Of a DNA stretch of 64,000 nucleotides, positions 49,746-57,966 are shown one piece after another. The translations under genes and the position numbers were made by a program. Where the stretch lies: positions 124,001 to 188,000 of the IMG/VR virus record IMGVR_UViG_3300042922_000643. One strand, given 5' to 3'. The notes beneath the pieces are model-generated. The model saw nothing but the letters and a program-made list of their open reading frames with translations, did no database searches and was not told the origin of the DNA. Every line of letters starts with the position of its first letter. The first letter of the stretch is position 1.

Positions 49746-49774
49746 AGAATAAGCTATTGATGATAGCCCGTCAA
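49746..49774 (-). promoter_or_regulatory. sigmaA-type promoter with an internal inverted repeat
   Basis: TTGACG-17nt-TATTCT; spacer contains GCTAT-N5-ATAGC. Confidence 0.7.
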
Positions 49775-49781
49775 TACAAAA

Positions 49782-51587
49782 TTACCAAGTTGGTCTTCCT
49801 CGCATCGCATTTCCTGACGAACCACGGGATGCCCAGTTCTCTGTCTGGTTTTTAGCCTTCGAATATCCAAGACGAACTTTCTTTAAAGGAGCTGGTCCTG
49901 GCTCATCCCATTCTGGTTCTTTACTTAATGTATTGGTCCCTCTACCCATGGATAATTCCTTGAGTGGATCGTATTGAACAGTCTTCGCCGAAAACATGGT
50001 ACGAGCGACTTCAATTTGGAAGATCGTATTCGTAAGTTCAGGCATTTCAATTGTAAACGCAAGAAGAGATAGCATGAATGCATCTAGTGCATGCTCATCT
50101 TTATTGGTAAAGGTGGCCTCACCAGTTTTCGCAGCGATCTTTACGACCTGATAGTTTGTCATCTGGCGGAAGACTTCTTCGTCCACTTTGACACTAGGAA
50201 TACGTAACATCCCACGTTCGAGAAGGAGAACGGCCTGGTTAACCATGAATGGCTTGATTGGTTTTCGTTCAAATACACGAGAGATTGGATCTCGAACTTC
50301 ATAAGAGGAACCTAAGTGGATACCTTTAACCTTGTCACCGAGTGCTTTACGAAGCATTTCGATCTGGTATTCACCAGCACCTCGGTCAGGATAGATAAAA
50401 GCGGGGTTGTAAATACGGTCTAGCCTCATAACTTCTTTAACTGCATTGTCGTAGGTGAGTTCACTTTTTGGAATCTCTACACGCTGTATAATACGGAATC
50501 GTCCATCACCTATCCAAATATTGTTTTCTACACGACGAGAATCACTAGGTTCGTATTGAGTAACAACAATCTGAGTTGCTGTTCCGTACTTATCCCAGTC
50601 AATCCCGATGCAGATTGGACCATTATGCTGAGGTGCATTCAAGAAGGGGTAAGAAATACTTGCTGCTTCATCAATAAAGTCCTTGTTGAATACCCCGACC
50701 ATTTCAGTACCAAACTCAGCCAGGATTTCATGTTCATAAGCCATCTGAGTGTACATACCTCTAAGTTCAGCTTCCATGTTCGGATTCCACTCAGGGTTGA
50801 CCATTGTAGGGAAGTAGAATTCTACCCAGCCCTTTGCTGTTTTACGGCGATATTTATCTACATTCTGAAACAACTTTTCTTCCCGATTGTATGTAATAGG
50901 AACTTCTGGACCCAGATTTTCATCGTCGATCTTTCCATCTGCACCAATAATAGCCTCTGGATAGTTCTTAAATTTCTGTTGTGTACAAATATTATAGAAC
51001 ATACCGCGGCGACCCGTAGGTGTGGACGCAGCCATGATTCCGATACGGTCTGGTGCTTCCATGGAAATAGCAAAAATCGTTTCGAAGTCTTTATCAGAAA
51101 GATAATCCATCTCATCAAGATAGAGCCAGTCTGCTTTCTGACCACGCATCGATCCGCCCTCTGCACCTGAACGCGTACCCGCAGTAAAGAGCTTAATACG
51201 AGAATTGTTTTTGAATTTAATAAGATATGGATTTTTCGTCATAGTGTCAACGCTCTGTGCTAAGATCGGGTTATTCTCGATAAACGTTTTCAGCTGATCG
51301 AAAATTTCTCGTGCTTGAGAGTCATAAGGCGTAGCTACTAGACAGGTCGCACCCTTTTTGATATTTTTGCCACCATTACAGGTGAAAGCAACCCACAGCA
51401 TATGTGCTGTCATCGTCCAAGTTTTTCCAATACGTCGGCCACATCGTAGTATTTTACGATGATGGGGGTGCTTGAGAATTTCTTCTTGATACCAGCGAGG
51501 TGGTTCACCCAAGTGATGAGCGGCCCATTTCGCGGGATCAGACATGATCTCAATCATCTCTTCATCATATTTTGTGAATCTAGCCAT
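49782..51587 (-). CDS. terL: Terminase large subunit
   Basis: CGRRIGKT (Walker A), WLYLDEMD (Walker B), ASTPTG, GIDWDK and HALDA nuclease motifs. Confidence 0.95.
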   Translation of the reverse strand: MARFTKYDEEMIEIMSDPAKWAAHHLGEPPRWYQEEILKHPHHRKILRCGRRIGKTWTMTAHMLWVAFTCNGGKNIKKGATCLVATPYDSQAREIFDQLKTFIENNPILAQSVDTMTKNPYLIKFKNNSRIKLFTAGTRSGAEGGSMRGQKADWLYLDEMDYLSDKDFETIFAISMEAPDRIGIMAASTPTGRRGMFYNICTQQKFKNYPEAIIGADGKIDDENLGPEVPITYNREEKLFQNVDKYRRKTAKGWVEFYFPTMVNPEWNPNMEAELRGMYTQMAYEHEILAEFGTEMVGVFNKDFIDEAASISYPFLNAPQHNGPICIGIDWDKYGTATQIVVTQYEPSDSRRVENNIWIGDGRFRIIQRVEIPKSELTYDNAVKEVMRLDRIYNPAFIYPDRGAGEYQIEMLRKALGDKVKGIHLGSSYEVRDPISRVFERKPIKPFMVNQAVLLLERGMLRIPSVKVDEEVFRQMTNYQVVKIAAKTGEATFTNKDEHALDAFMLSLLAFTIEMPELTNTIFQIEVARTMFSAKTVQYDPLKELSMGRGTNTLSKEPEWDEPGPAPLKKVRLGYSKAKNQTENWASRGSSGNAMRGRPTW

Positions 51588-51771
51588 TGCTTATCCTCTT
51601 TTCATTTTTACATATGTAGCATTCAACAGCGCAGTCGCTTCGAATGAGCATAGTATAATGAGGATGGATAGGGCATTGGAACCGCCGATACCCATCCTCA
51701 ACCATATTGTCTTCAAACTCCTGCATTGCTTTATCTAGCTCTACCCCGCGTTTCCCCCTACGTCTTCCCAT
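51580..51771 (-). CDS. Small zinc-ribbon-like protein
   Basis: CPIH...CAVECYIC; GGAGGAG RBS; overlaps the terL start. Confidence 0.6.
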   Translation of the reverse strand: MGRRRGKRGVELDKAMQEFEDNMVEDGYRRFQCPIHPHYTMLIRSDCAVECYICKNEKRISNG

Positions 51772-51782
51772 GGTTACTCCTC

Positions 51783-52253
51783 CTAGTAGTTACTATTTTG
51801 AGAGAGTAGCTTTGCTTCTCCACCCAAAGCACTTCGAGCGTTAAGCTTAGACCCTTGGATAGCCTGCACCGCAGACTGACGCATGGTGAGCGCACGCTGT
51901 GTGTCTCGATAGTTACCACCGAAGTTTGGAAGAAACTGTTGATTCCACCAAGCTTCCTTCTGACGCTTCCAACTTGCTACACCATTGATAGCAGCAGGTG
52001 CGATTTGAGCAACTGAAGCAGCAGTCATAATACCAGGCATAGTATGCCAAAGCATACCTGTGAAAGCCCCTTTAACAGCCGCAGTTCCGAAGTCATCACC
52101 TGATTTCATGTTTAAGAACGTATCAATAGCAAAACCGCCAGCAAAAGCTCTGCCGCCTGAGAATTTTTTTCCACTGATTCTTGGTACTTCACTAGCTAGT
52201 CTTTCGGAATCAGCGACTCTACGACGGAGTTCATCTTTCATTGCACTATCCAT
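51783..52253 (-). CDS. Gly/Ala-rich basic protein with hydrophobic helices (putative internal/ejection protein)
   Basis: AFAGGFAID, GTAAVKGAFTGMLW, IMTAASVAQIAPAAINGV. Confidence 0.55.
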   Translation of the reverse strand: MDSAMKDELRRRVADSERLASEVPRISGKKFSGGRAFAGGFAIDTFLNMKSGDDFGTAAVKGAFTGMLWHTMPGIMTAASVAQIAPAAINGVASWKRQKEAWWNQQFLPNFGGNYRDTQRALTMRQSAVQAIQGSKLNARSALGGEAKLLSQNSNY

Positions 52254-52256
52254 TTA

Positions 52257-52682
52257 TTATCCCCTCCGCATCGAGTTCAGCCCGAATACTAGAGAACCGC
52301 TTGCGCCAAGACTTGGTGCTCTAGACGCACCCATACCATCTGCGGTCATAATCGGGGCTTCGCCATATTCTGTCTGCCCTGCAACTGGAGTGCCTTTCGC
52401 TTTAAGACTGGTAATACCGCCATAAGCTGCTGCAACTCCGAATGCTCCAAGCGTTGCTTTCTTTGTTGGAGCTAGCCCCGTATATCCATTATAGAAAGTT
52501 GCAGGAGTTTCTCTGGTTAATCCGCTTTTAAGGCCTCTTGCTGTTTTACCAAGACCTCTTTCGACGAGATGATTTACGTCCTCGATTGCAGAACCAATAA
52601 CTCCAGCTTCTTTACCTGCTTGCCCTACGGAGACTTTAAAAGCGCCACCCATTCTCATGGCGCGTATACCTTTACCGATCAT
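52257..52682 (-). CDS. Gly/Ala-rich basic protein with a hydrophobic helix
   Basis: ATLGAFGVAAAYGGIT; SLGASGSLVFGL. Confidence 0.55.
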   Translation of the reverse strand: MIGKGIRAMRMGGAFKVSVGQAGKEAGVIGSAIEDVNHLVERGLGKTARGLKSGLTRETPATFYNGYTGLAPTKKATLGAFGVAAAYGGITSLKAKGTPVAGQTEYGEAPIMTADGMGASRAPSLGASGSLVFGLNSMRRG

Positions 52683-52695
52683 GAGAAATCCTCCT

Positions 52696-53223
52696 TTAGA
52701 GTCTAGCTCCGCCGTTCATAACGCTGCCCGCGGTTCTAGCAGTTTGTGTATTCCGCTGAATTGCTTTCACCTGATTACTTACTGCTGGCTTCATTTGATT
52801 GAATGCCTCACCAAAAGCACCTTTGCGACCAAAAGGATTACGAGAAGTCGCACCTGTAGCAGTTTTGAGCGTGCGATATCCAGCGTATCCAACCGCACCG
52901 TTGAATGCTCCTGATTTTGCGCCTGTCCAGAAACTTCCGCCTTTAGACCATTCCATAGTACCGCCAATAGCAGCACCACCTACTGCACCTCTAGCTGCAT
53001 GTTTCAGTGTGGCACTTGCAATATCCCATCCATCTCCATGCGCTTCACCAAGGCGACCTTTCCATTGAGAGAGCACATCTCCCATTGTAGACTTGTTGCT
53101 AGCCTTTAAAGTCTCACCTAGTCCACCGCCACCCTTAACACGAGCTTTAAAAGCCCCACCTGCTGCACCAGGAATACTTCTGGATTTTCTAAGAGCCTTT
53201 AGTTCTCTTAAGTTCACAGCCAT
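52696..53223 (-). CDS. Gly/Ala-rich basic protein with GxxxG helices
   Basis: AARGAVGGAAIGGTME; GAKSGAFNGAVGYAGY. Confidence 0.55.
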   Translation of the reverse strand: MAVNLRELKALRKSRSIPGAAGGAFKARVKGGGGLGETLKASNKSTMGDVLSQWKGRLGEAHGDGWDIASATLKHAARGAVGGAAIGGTMEWSKGGSFWTGAKSGAFNGAVGYAGYRTLKTATGATSRNPFGRKGAFGEAFNQMKPAVSNQVKAIQRNTQTARTAGSVMNGGARL

Positions 53224-53236
53224 GTATTCTCACTCC

Positions 53237-53890
53237 TTATTTGAATTTGGAATTACCCATTAGATGATGACCAATTCGATCATCCCACATATCCATGACA
53301 ATCTGACCCATATCCAAAGGTTTGTCGTAGCCAAATAGCTCACGCTGGGTCTTTTTCTGCTTGCTCTCTTTTCGAACAAGCTTGGTTTCCTGCCTAGCCT
53401 TTTCTCTTTCGACAGCAAGCTTGTCATCCATACTATTTCGAGCACTTGCTAGAGTACCTACAGCAATCAAGGCACCAATACCTTTCGCTCCGATGTTAAA
53501 TCCTCTAGCTGCTCTTCTAGCTGTTTTCGCAGACACAGCTTCGACATCTCGAATAACATTAGCCTCGGTCATTGCGCCTACACTAATCGTCTTCTTCATC
53601 CCAAACGATTCTTTAATATCGGACCCGAATTGGTCTACGAAAAGATCCAAGGATTGAGAACCTATAATACTGGCAGTGGCTCCGATTCCCGTATCAAGAA
53701 TAGTCTTGCCTAGCCCTGCATCTTCAGATCTTGAATGTAGAAACCCTGCGGCCCCACCGACAGCACCAGCTAGACGGAGACGTCCGCCTAGAGTAAGAGA
53801 TCTATATTCGCCATACCCACTTTTAACAATGTCTCCTACAGTCGTTTGCTGTTTAAAGGCACCTTGAGGGTGTAAAGGAGAGTCTGCCAT
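53237..53890 (-). CDS. Gly/Ala-rich protein with hydrophobic helices and a coiled coil
   Basis: LAGAVGGAAGFL; GIGATASIIG; GAKGIGALIAVGTLASA. Confidence 0.55.
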   Translation of the reverse strand: MADSPLHPQGAFKQQTTVGDIVKSGYGEYRSLTLGGRLRLAGAVGGAAGFLHSRSEDAGLGKTILDTGIGATASIIGSQSLDLFVDQFGSDIKESFGMKKTISVGAMTEANVIRDVEAVSAKTARRAARGFNIGAKGIGALIAVGTLASARNSMDDKLAVEREKARQETKLVRKESKQKKTQRELFGYDKPLDMGQIVMDMWDDRIGHHLMGNSKFK

Positions 53891-54585
53891 TATTCATCAT
53901 CGCCTTCGTATTCGATAGGCGTAACATCAATAATGCCTTGCTTAGAAGCTTCCATCGCTGCAACTTGGGCCATCAATTGAGCTGCATAGGTAGAAGGATC
54001 TGTTTGAACTGTAATTTTACTTCCCGCCTTGTCTTTACGAGTACTGTTCAGTAATTGCAAGATGCCATGTCTATTTTTCAAGAGACGCTCTTTATACTCA
54101 ACAGCTTTATGTATTGCAGGGTTTGTGATCTCGTCGCCATCTTCTGTTATGTTGATAACAACATCTTGAATAAACTCACCACCGTCAATAGACAAACGAT
54201 TATCTGCCCGTTTAATCTGAACATCCAGATCGATCAGGTCTTTAATCAGTGTCATATCTATAATATTGTCATAGTCGTCGATATTGAGTTCGCGAGTGTA
54301 GGATTCAAAGCGAAGTAAGATTTCGGAGATTTCAATCGGGCAACGTTCGCCAACAGGGTGCTCATTCACTGCGAACAGAGGACAAGTTTCTTTATACGCA
54401 CAAGTTTCTCCACGGCAAACCATAGGAATCGCTGAATAAAGGCCATGTTTTACTCTTCCATTTGCTAAGGACTTCTCAATACCTTTTTTGATTTTCGTAG
54501 AGCTACCCCATGCAGACGGAAGTTCGACAGCCATCAAGTCCTCAATACGCTCAGACTTTGGAACTGGTAATTTATCGTCACTCAT
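53890..54585 (-). CDS. Probable terminase small subunit with a Cys cluster
   Basis: First gene of the morphogenesis operon; CRGETCAYKETC...CP; helical core and ITNPAIH pattern; ATG 54585 after GGGAGGAG. Confidence 0.6.
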   Translation of the reverse strand: MSDDKLPVPKSERIEDLMAVELPSAWGSSTKIKKGIEKSLANGRVKHGLYSAIPMVCRGETCAYKETCPLFAVNEHPVGERCPIEISEILLRFESYTRELNIDDYDNIIDMTLIKDLIDLDVQIKRADNRLSIDGGEFIQDVVINITEDGDEITNPAIHKAVEYKERLLKNRHGILQLLNSTRKDKAGSKITVQTDPSTYAAQLMAQVAAMEASKQGIIDVTPIEYEGDDE

Positions 54586-54605
54586 CTTTTTTCTCCTCCC
54601 TAGAT

Positions 54606-54654
54606 AAACTAAAAAGCCAGGAACACCTAACTCTAGCGTTAAGCATCCTGGCTT
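54606..54654 (-). terminator. Strong intrinsic terminator immediately upstream of the terS RBS
   Basis: AAGCCAGGA...TCCTGGCTT stem followed by TTTAGTTT on the minus strand. Confidence 0.75.
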
Positions 54655-54862
54655 ATAACGAAGCGGATAGCTAGGTTTTCCCACCCGTACCATAACCGAT
54701 TCGTTTTAAATTTACAATATGTAGTTGTCTATTTGCGATCATCCTCGAAATTCCTATGCTGAGAGAAAGGCACTACTCTCGAACCGCGGTATCATTCCAT
54801 TTAGGTCGTGTGACGCGTTTAGGAAGCACCTTTCTCTTAGCATGGGAATATCTTACCTCTTA
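54606..54862 (-). ncRNA. Candidate ~250-nt structured leader/sRNA with a long rod (54751-54848)
   Basis: About 24-bp imperfect stem; bounded by a promoter and a terminator. Confidence 0.45.
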
Positions 54863-54867
54863 AATTC

Positions 54868-54896
54868 ACTTTAACCTTTAGCCAATATCTAGTCAA
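54868..54896 (-). promoter_or_regulatory. sigmaA-type promoter
   Basis: TTGACT-17nt-TAAAGT. Confidence 0.6.
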
Positions 54897-54897
54897 T

Positions 54898-54923
54898 AAA
54901 AAAGCTACGCCCGTAAGCGTAGC
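54898..54923 (-). terminator. Intrinsic terminator
   Basis: GCTACGC-TTACGG-GCGTAGC followed by TTTTTT. Confidence 0.75.
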
Positions 54924-54969
54924 GGATATACATATGTATCCAAGGAGTACCATCACATGTTCTAAATCT

Positions 54970-54999
54970 AGTATACTAGACGTTACTAGATTGTGTCAA
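54970..54999 (-). promoter_or_regulatory. sigmaA-type promoter with a palindromic operator over the -10
   Basis: TTGACA-18nt-TATACT; perfect palindrome TCTAGTATACTAGA at 54967-54980. Confidence 0.65.
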
Positions 55000-55040
55000 A
55001 CTTTATCTGTAATTTGAATCAGAAAAAGGAAAAGCACCTC

Positions 55041-56135
55041 CTAAGATCTAGGAGGCACCTTCACCCACAGTTTACGAATCGCATTGTTGTTCATATCCGA
55101 AAACAAATAACCTGATCCGTCCCAAATGAAATCGGTAGGGTTGTCCATTGCAGCTTCGTCTCGAACTCCATCTACGAAACCGAGGCCACCGCCTGCTACA
55201 AGGAATGGATCTTCACTCTGGAAGTCTAAAGCTTTGATCTGGTAATGAACGTTGTCACCAAGCACCCAATAGAGAACCTTGTCATTATCACTCCAGGAAT
55301 CGAGAATCTTTCCTTCATTCGTATCGATATAGGTGAGACTCTTTCTAGGGAAGATTTTTTCATACCATACATATCCTAGTTCAGATGATACTGTTATACC
55401 TAGATCATGAACAAAGAAGTTAGACGCATTTGGATACTCCTTGGGCTCTAGGATCTGTTCGATCTTTCTAGTCGAAGGATCGTAGCTTACAAAGCCATAG
55501 GTATAGTTCTTGCGGAATAGCATCAAGATAAGTTTATCTTTGTAAGACTTCATACGATAAACGTATTCATACTTATTATCCTTCATCCAGGTTTTAATCT
55601 TTTCATCTGCAACGGTTGCTCTCTCGTTTGTATATAGATACACTTTTTCTTCAGAGGAGAAGTATACCTTATCTTTGACCACAGCTACACCTGTCTTAAA
55701 GAACTCGCCTTCTCTAGCGGTGACTGTATTTTTCGTAAGATCTAGCAAGGTTTTAGCTTGATTGTTTTTAACCACTCTAAGTTTCGCGCTCTTCTGTGTT
55801 CCATCTAGGAAATAAATATTCCCTTTGGAATCTGGTGCTGGATACCTAGGATGGTCTAGCATATAGCTGCTTTCACCAACGACACCATTGCCTGCTACCG
55901 TAGTAACTTCTCCATACTCACCATCCGTCTTAATATCAGTAGAAGGGTTATGCTCTGTAACCTTCTCATGCTGCGTATAAGGCACTGTAGCTGTTGCGGT
56001 AGGCGAAGGACTAGGACTGACTGTAACGGACGGCGTAGGCTGTACCATGGCCATCTGAGGGGCTATGGTCTTCTCTACATCTCCACCATGTACCAAGAAA
56101 TTGAACACTAACATTACTATCGCGATTACGCTCAT
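55041..56135 (-). CDS. Secreted/membrane-anchored NHL-repeat beta-propeller protein
   Basis: Hydrophobic N-terminus, Pro/Thr/Ser linker, PRYPAPDSKGNIYFLD and NPTDFIWDGSGYLFSDMNNNAIRK; ATG 56135 after AAGGAG. Confidence 0.75.
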   Translation of the reverse strand: MSVIAIVMLVFNFLVHGGDVEKTIAPQMAMVQPTPSVTVSPSPSPTATATVPYTQHEKVTEHNPSTDIKTDGEYGEVTTVAGNGVVGESSYMLDHPRYPAPDSKGNIYFLDGTQKSAKLRVVKNNQAKTLLDLTKNTVTAREGEFFKTGVAVVKDKVYFSSEEKVYLYTNERATVADEKIKTWMKDNKYEYVYRMKSYKDKLILMLFRKNYTYGFVSYDPSTRKIEQILEPKEYPNASNFFVHDLGITVSSELGYVWYEKIFPRKSLTYIDTNEGKILDSWSDNDKVLYWVLGDNVHYQIKALDFQSEDPFLVAGGGLGFVDGVRDEAAMDNPTDFIWDGSGYLFSDMNNNAIRKLWVKVPPRS

Positions 56136-56177
56136 CTCTATCACGCTCCTTAGTACTAATATACCCATAAAAGTACA

Positions 56178-56207
56178 TTGACATACATGCACTTTATATT
56201 ATATTAT
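56178..56207 (+). promoter_or_regulatory. sigmaA-type promoter for the RHH gene
   Basis: TTGACA-18nt-TATTAT. Confidence 0.6.
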
Positions 56208-56297
56208 GGTTATGTGAAGAACGTACAAAGGAGGCGTGTGTCATGATCACGTCGAGAGTTAAAACTACATTAATACTACAAGGAGGTAAGGTCAGTT

Positions 56298-56489
56298 ATG
56301 GGCAAGAAGAGTTTGAAAACAAGATCGCAGTTCACCAGCACCTTACGAAATGATCTTTATGCAGAGCTTCAACAAGCATCACAAAACAGTGATATACCGA
56401 TCTCTAGGATTTTAGATCGCGCATTAGAAAAACATTTGGAGGAATTTGACTCCACTTCTAAAAGTTTAGACAGGTATAAAAAGGAATAA
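56298..56489 (+). CDS. Ribbon-helix-helix DNA-binding protein
   Basis: FTSTLRNDLYAELQQAS...IPISRILDRALEKHL. Confidence 0.8.
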   Translation: MGKKSLKTRSQFTSTLRNDLYAELQQASQNSDIPISRILDRALEKHLEEFDSTSKSLDRYKKE

Positions 56490-56742
56490 GGTAGTCCATA
56501 CTATTAGAGTCCAGAAGACTCCCTTTAACAGCCCTTGGGACTCAGACCCCAGGGGCCTCCTTATGGGACTAAGGTCTATACGAACAGCTAAGGTAAATGT
56601 TGTAATCTATTGAAAAGTGCTCACAAACGAGTAAAAATGTTTTATACTATAGAAACTAAGATGTTTCATCTCGAAAGAATGCGGTTATAACACTCATACA
56701 GCAAGATGATACGTACTTAGAAGACTTTTGGGAGGATTGAGG

Positions 56743-57393
56743 ATGGGAACAATGACTAGAGAGATCAAAAACCTACGTGGTAAACGTGCCGCTAAGAGAA
56801 TCCAGGAGGCGCAAGACGCTGTTAGAGAGTCTGAGCAGAATGCAGTTCGCTACCAAGAAACTGAAAACACAACGGCAGGATATCTACAGCAGCTATACTT
56901 CGGTATCGATCAGCTAATCCAGATCGCAATCCGACAGGACGAGGAAATTAAGAACCTAGTGGAGCAAGTCGCCATGATCACAGACAAAGGCCGAGCGCCA
57001 GTGCCTGTAGCCGCAACGATCTTGGAACCAGTCACATATACAAAGCCAGAGCTTACTACTTACGAACCTAGTCCAGTAACGGCTGTACGGAAAAAGGGCG
57101 CACAGAAGAATGTACTTACACTGGCTAAAGCTTTTAGCTTAATTGAGAAGTACCGTTCTAGCCAGGGCAGAATCTTGTGGTCTCAAGCTCCAAAACCAAA
57201 GAAGCTCGTTTTCGCTTATCTACAAAAGGCAGAGCTCGAAAAGCTGGATATTGAAAGCACGATGGTTATGCAGAGTATTCCTGAGTATCGCCGAGTATTC
57301 CAGTATGTTGTTTATCACATCGGACCTTGGAGAGAGATCGTAGAGGAATATAAGAGTGAGCGTGGGGATTTGAAAAAACAGGAGGCCGTATAA
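56743..57393 (+). CDS. Hypothetical protein: coiled coil plus C-terminal helical domain
   Basis: ATG after GGAGG; heptad N-terminal half. Confidence 0.6.
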   Translation: MGTMTREIKNLRGKRAAKRIQEAQDAVRESEQNAVRYQETENTTAGYLQQLYFGIDQLIQIAIRQDEEIKNLVEQVAMITDKGRAPVPVAATILEPVTYTKPELTTYEPSPVTAVRKKGAQKNVLTLAKAFSLIEKYRSSQGRILWSQAPKPKKLVFAYLQKAELEKLDIESTMVMQSIPEYRRVFQYVVYHIGPWREIVEEYKSERGDLKKQEAV

Positions 57394-57432
57394 ACTATAT
57401 GGCGGATGATGAATCGGAGATTCAACAAGAAT

Positions 57433-57477
57433 AAATAGGAGAGTCCTCTTCATAACAGAGGGGCTCTCCTATTTTGT
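57433..57477. terminator. Bidirectional terminator between convergent genes
   Basis: AAATAGGAGAGTCCTCT-loop-AGAGGGGCTCTCCTATTT with A/T flanks. Confidence 0.75.
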
Positions 57478-57657
57478 TTATCTGCGGTTAAGGGATTCTT
57501 CAGCGATCTGGATCAATCTCTTCGTAATGTTGCCACCAATAATCCCAGCTTCTCTAGACGTCAGGTTACCATTGTAGTCACTCAGTTGAATACCAAACTC
57601 TTGTGCAATTTCAAACTTCATCCGATCTAGTGCCTGTCTCGCTTGTGGAACTTGCAT
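57478..57657 (-). CDS. alpha/beta-type small acid-soluble spore protein (59 aa; below ORF-track cutoff)
   Basis: MQVPQARQALDRMKFEIAQEFGIQLSDYNGNLTSREAGIIGGNITKRLIQIAEESLNRR; GGAGGTGA RBS. Confidence 0.92.
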   Translation of the reverse strand: MQVPQARQALDRMKFEIAQEFGIQLSDYNGNLTSREAGIIGGNITKRLIQIAEESLNRR

Positions 57658-57686
57658 ATGTATTCACCTCCCTAAGTTTATAGGGA

Positions 57687-57715
57687 TAGCATTTCCATCC
57701 ATGGCGATTTTATAC
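57687..57715 (-). promoter_or_regulatory. Candidate forespore (sigmaG/sigmaF-type) promoter for the SASP gene
   Basis: GTATA-17nt-AATGCTA, just downstream of a terminator. Confidence 0.45.
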
Positions 57716-57748
57716 AAAATAAAAACTGCCCTCACTTGGAGAGCAGCT
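57716..57748 (-). terminator. Intrinsic terminator isolating the SASP gene
   Basis: CTGCTCTC-CAAGT-GAGGGCAG followed by TTTTTATTTT. Confidence 0.75.
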
Positions 57749-57753
57749 ACACA

Positions 57754-57954
57754 TTAGCCCCAGTAGTATCCATCGCTTTGAACCTTAGCCCATTGCTCTG
57801 TATCCCATATCTGCGTAGACTGTTGTTTATTACCATAGCAATTAGCGATAAGAACGACCTTTAGGAAATCACGACCAGGAAAAGAAGGTGTCCAGTCAGA
57901 TACATAAGGTTCAACAGAGATGATCTCTTCGATATAGTTCTCCAATAAGTTCAT
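57754..57954 (-). CDS. Hypothetical phage protein (66 aa)
   Basis: ORF with GGGGGG RBS, in operon orientation. Confidence 0.55.
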   Translation of the reverse strand: MNLLENYIEEIISVEPYVSDWTPSFPGRDFLKVVLIANCYGNKQQSTQIWDTEQWAKVQSDGYYWG

Positions 57955-57966
57955 TTTGTACCCCCC

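Noticed and set aside
49782-51587. Intein or intron in terL
   Set aside because: ORF is continuous, of normal length, with no splicing motifs recognised
54755-54844. 29-codon minus-strand ORF (MLRERCFL...) in the terS leader as a type I toxin
   Set aside because: Not hydrophobic, weak RBS, and its start is buried in the long stem
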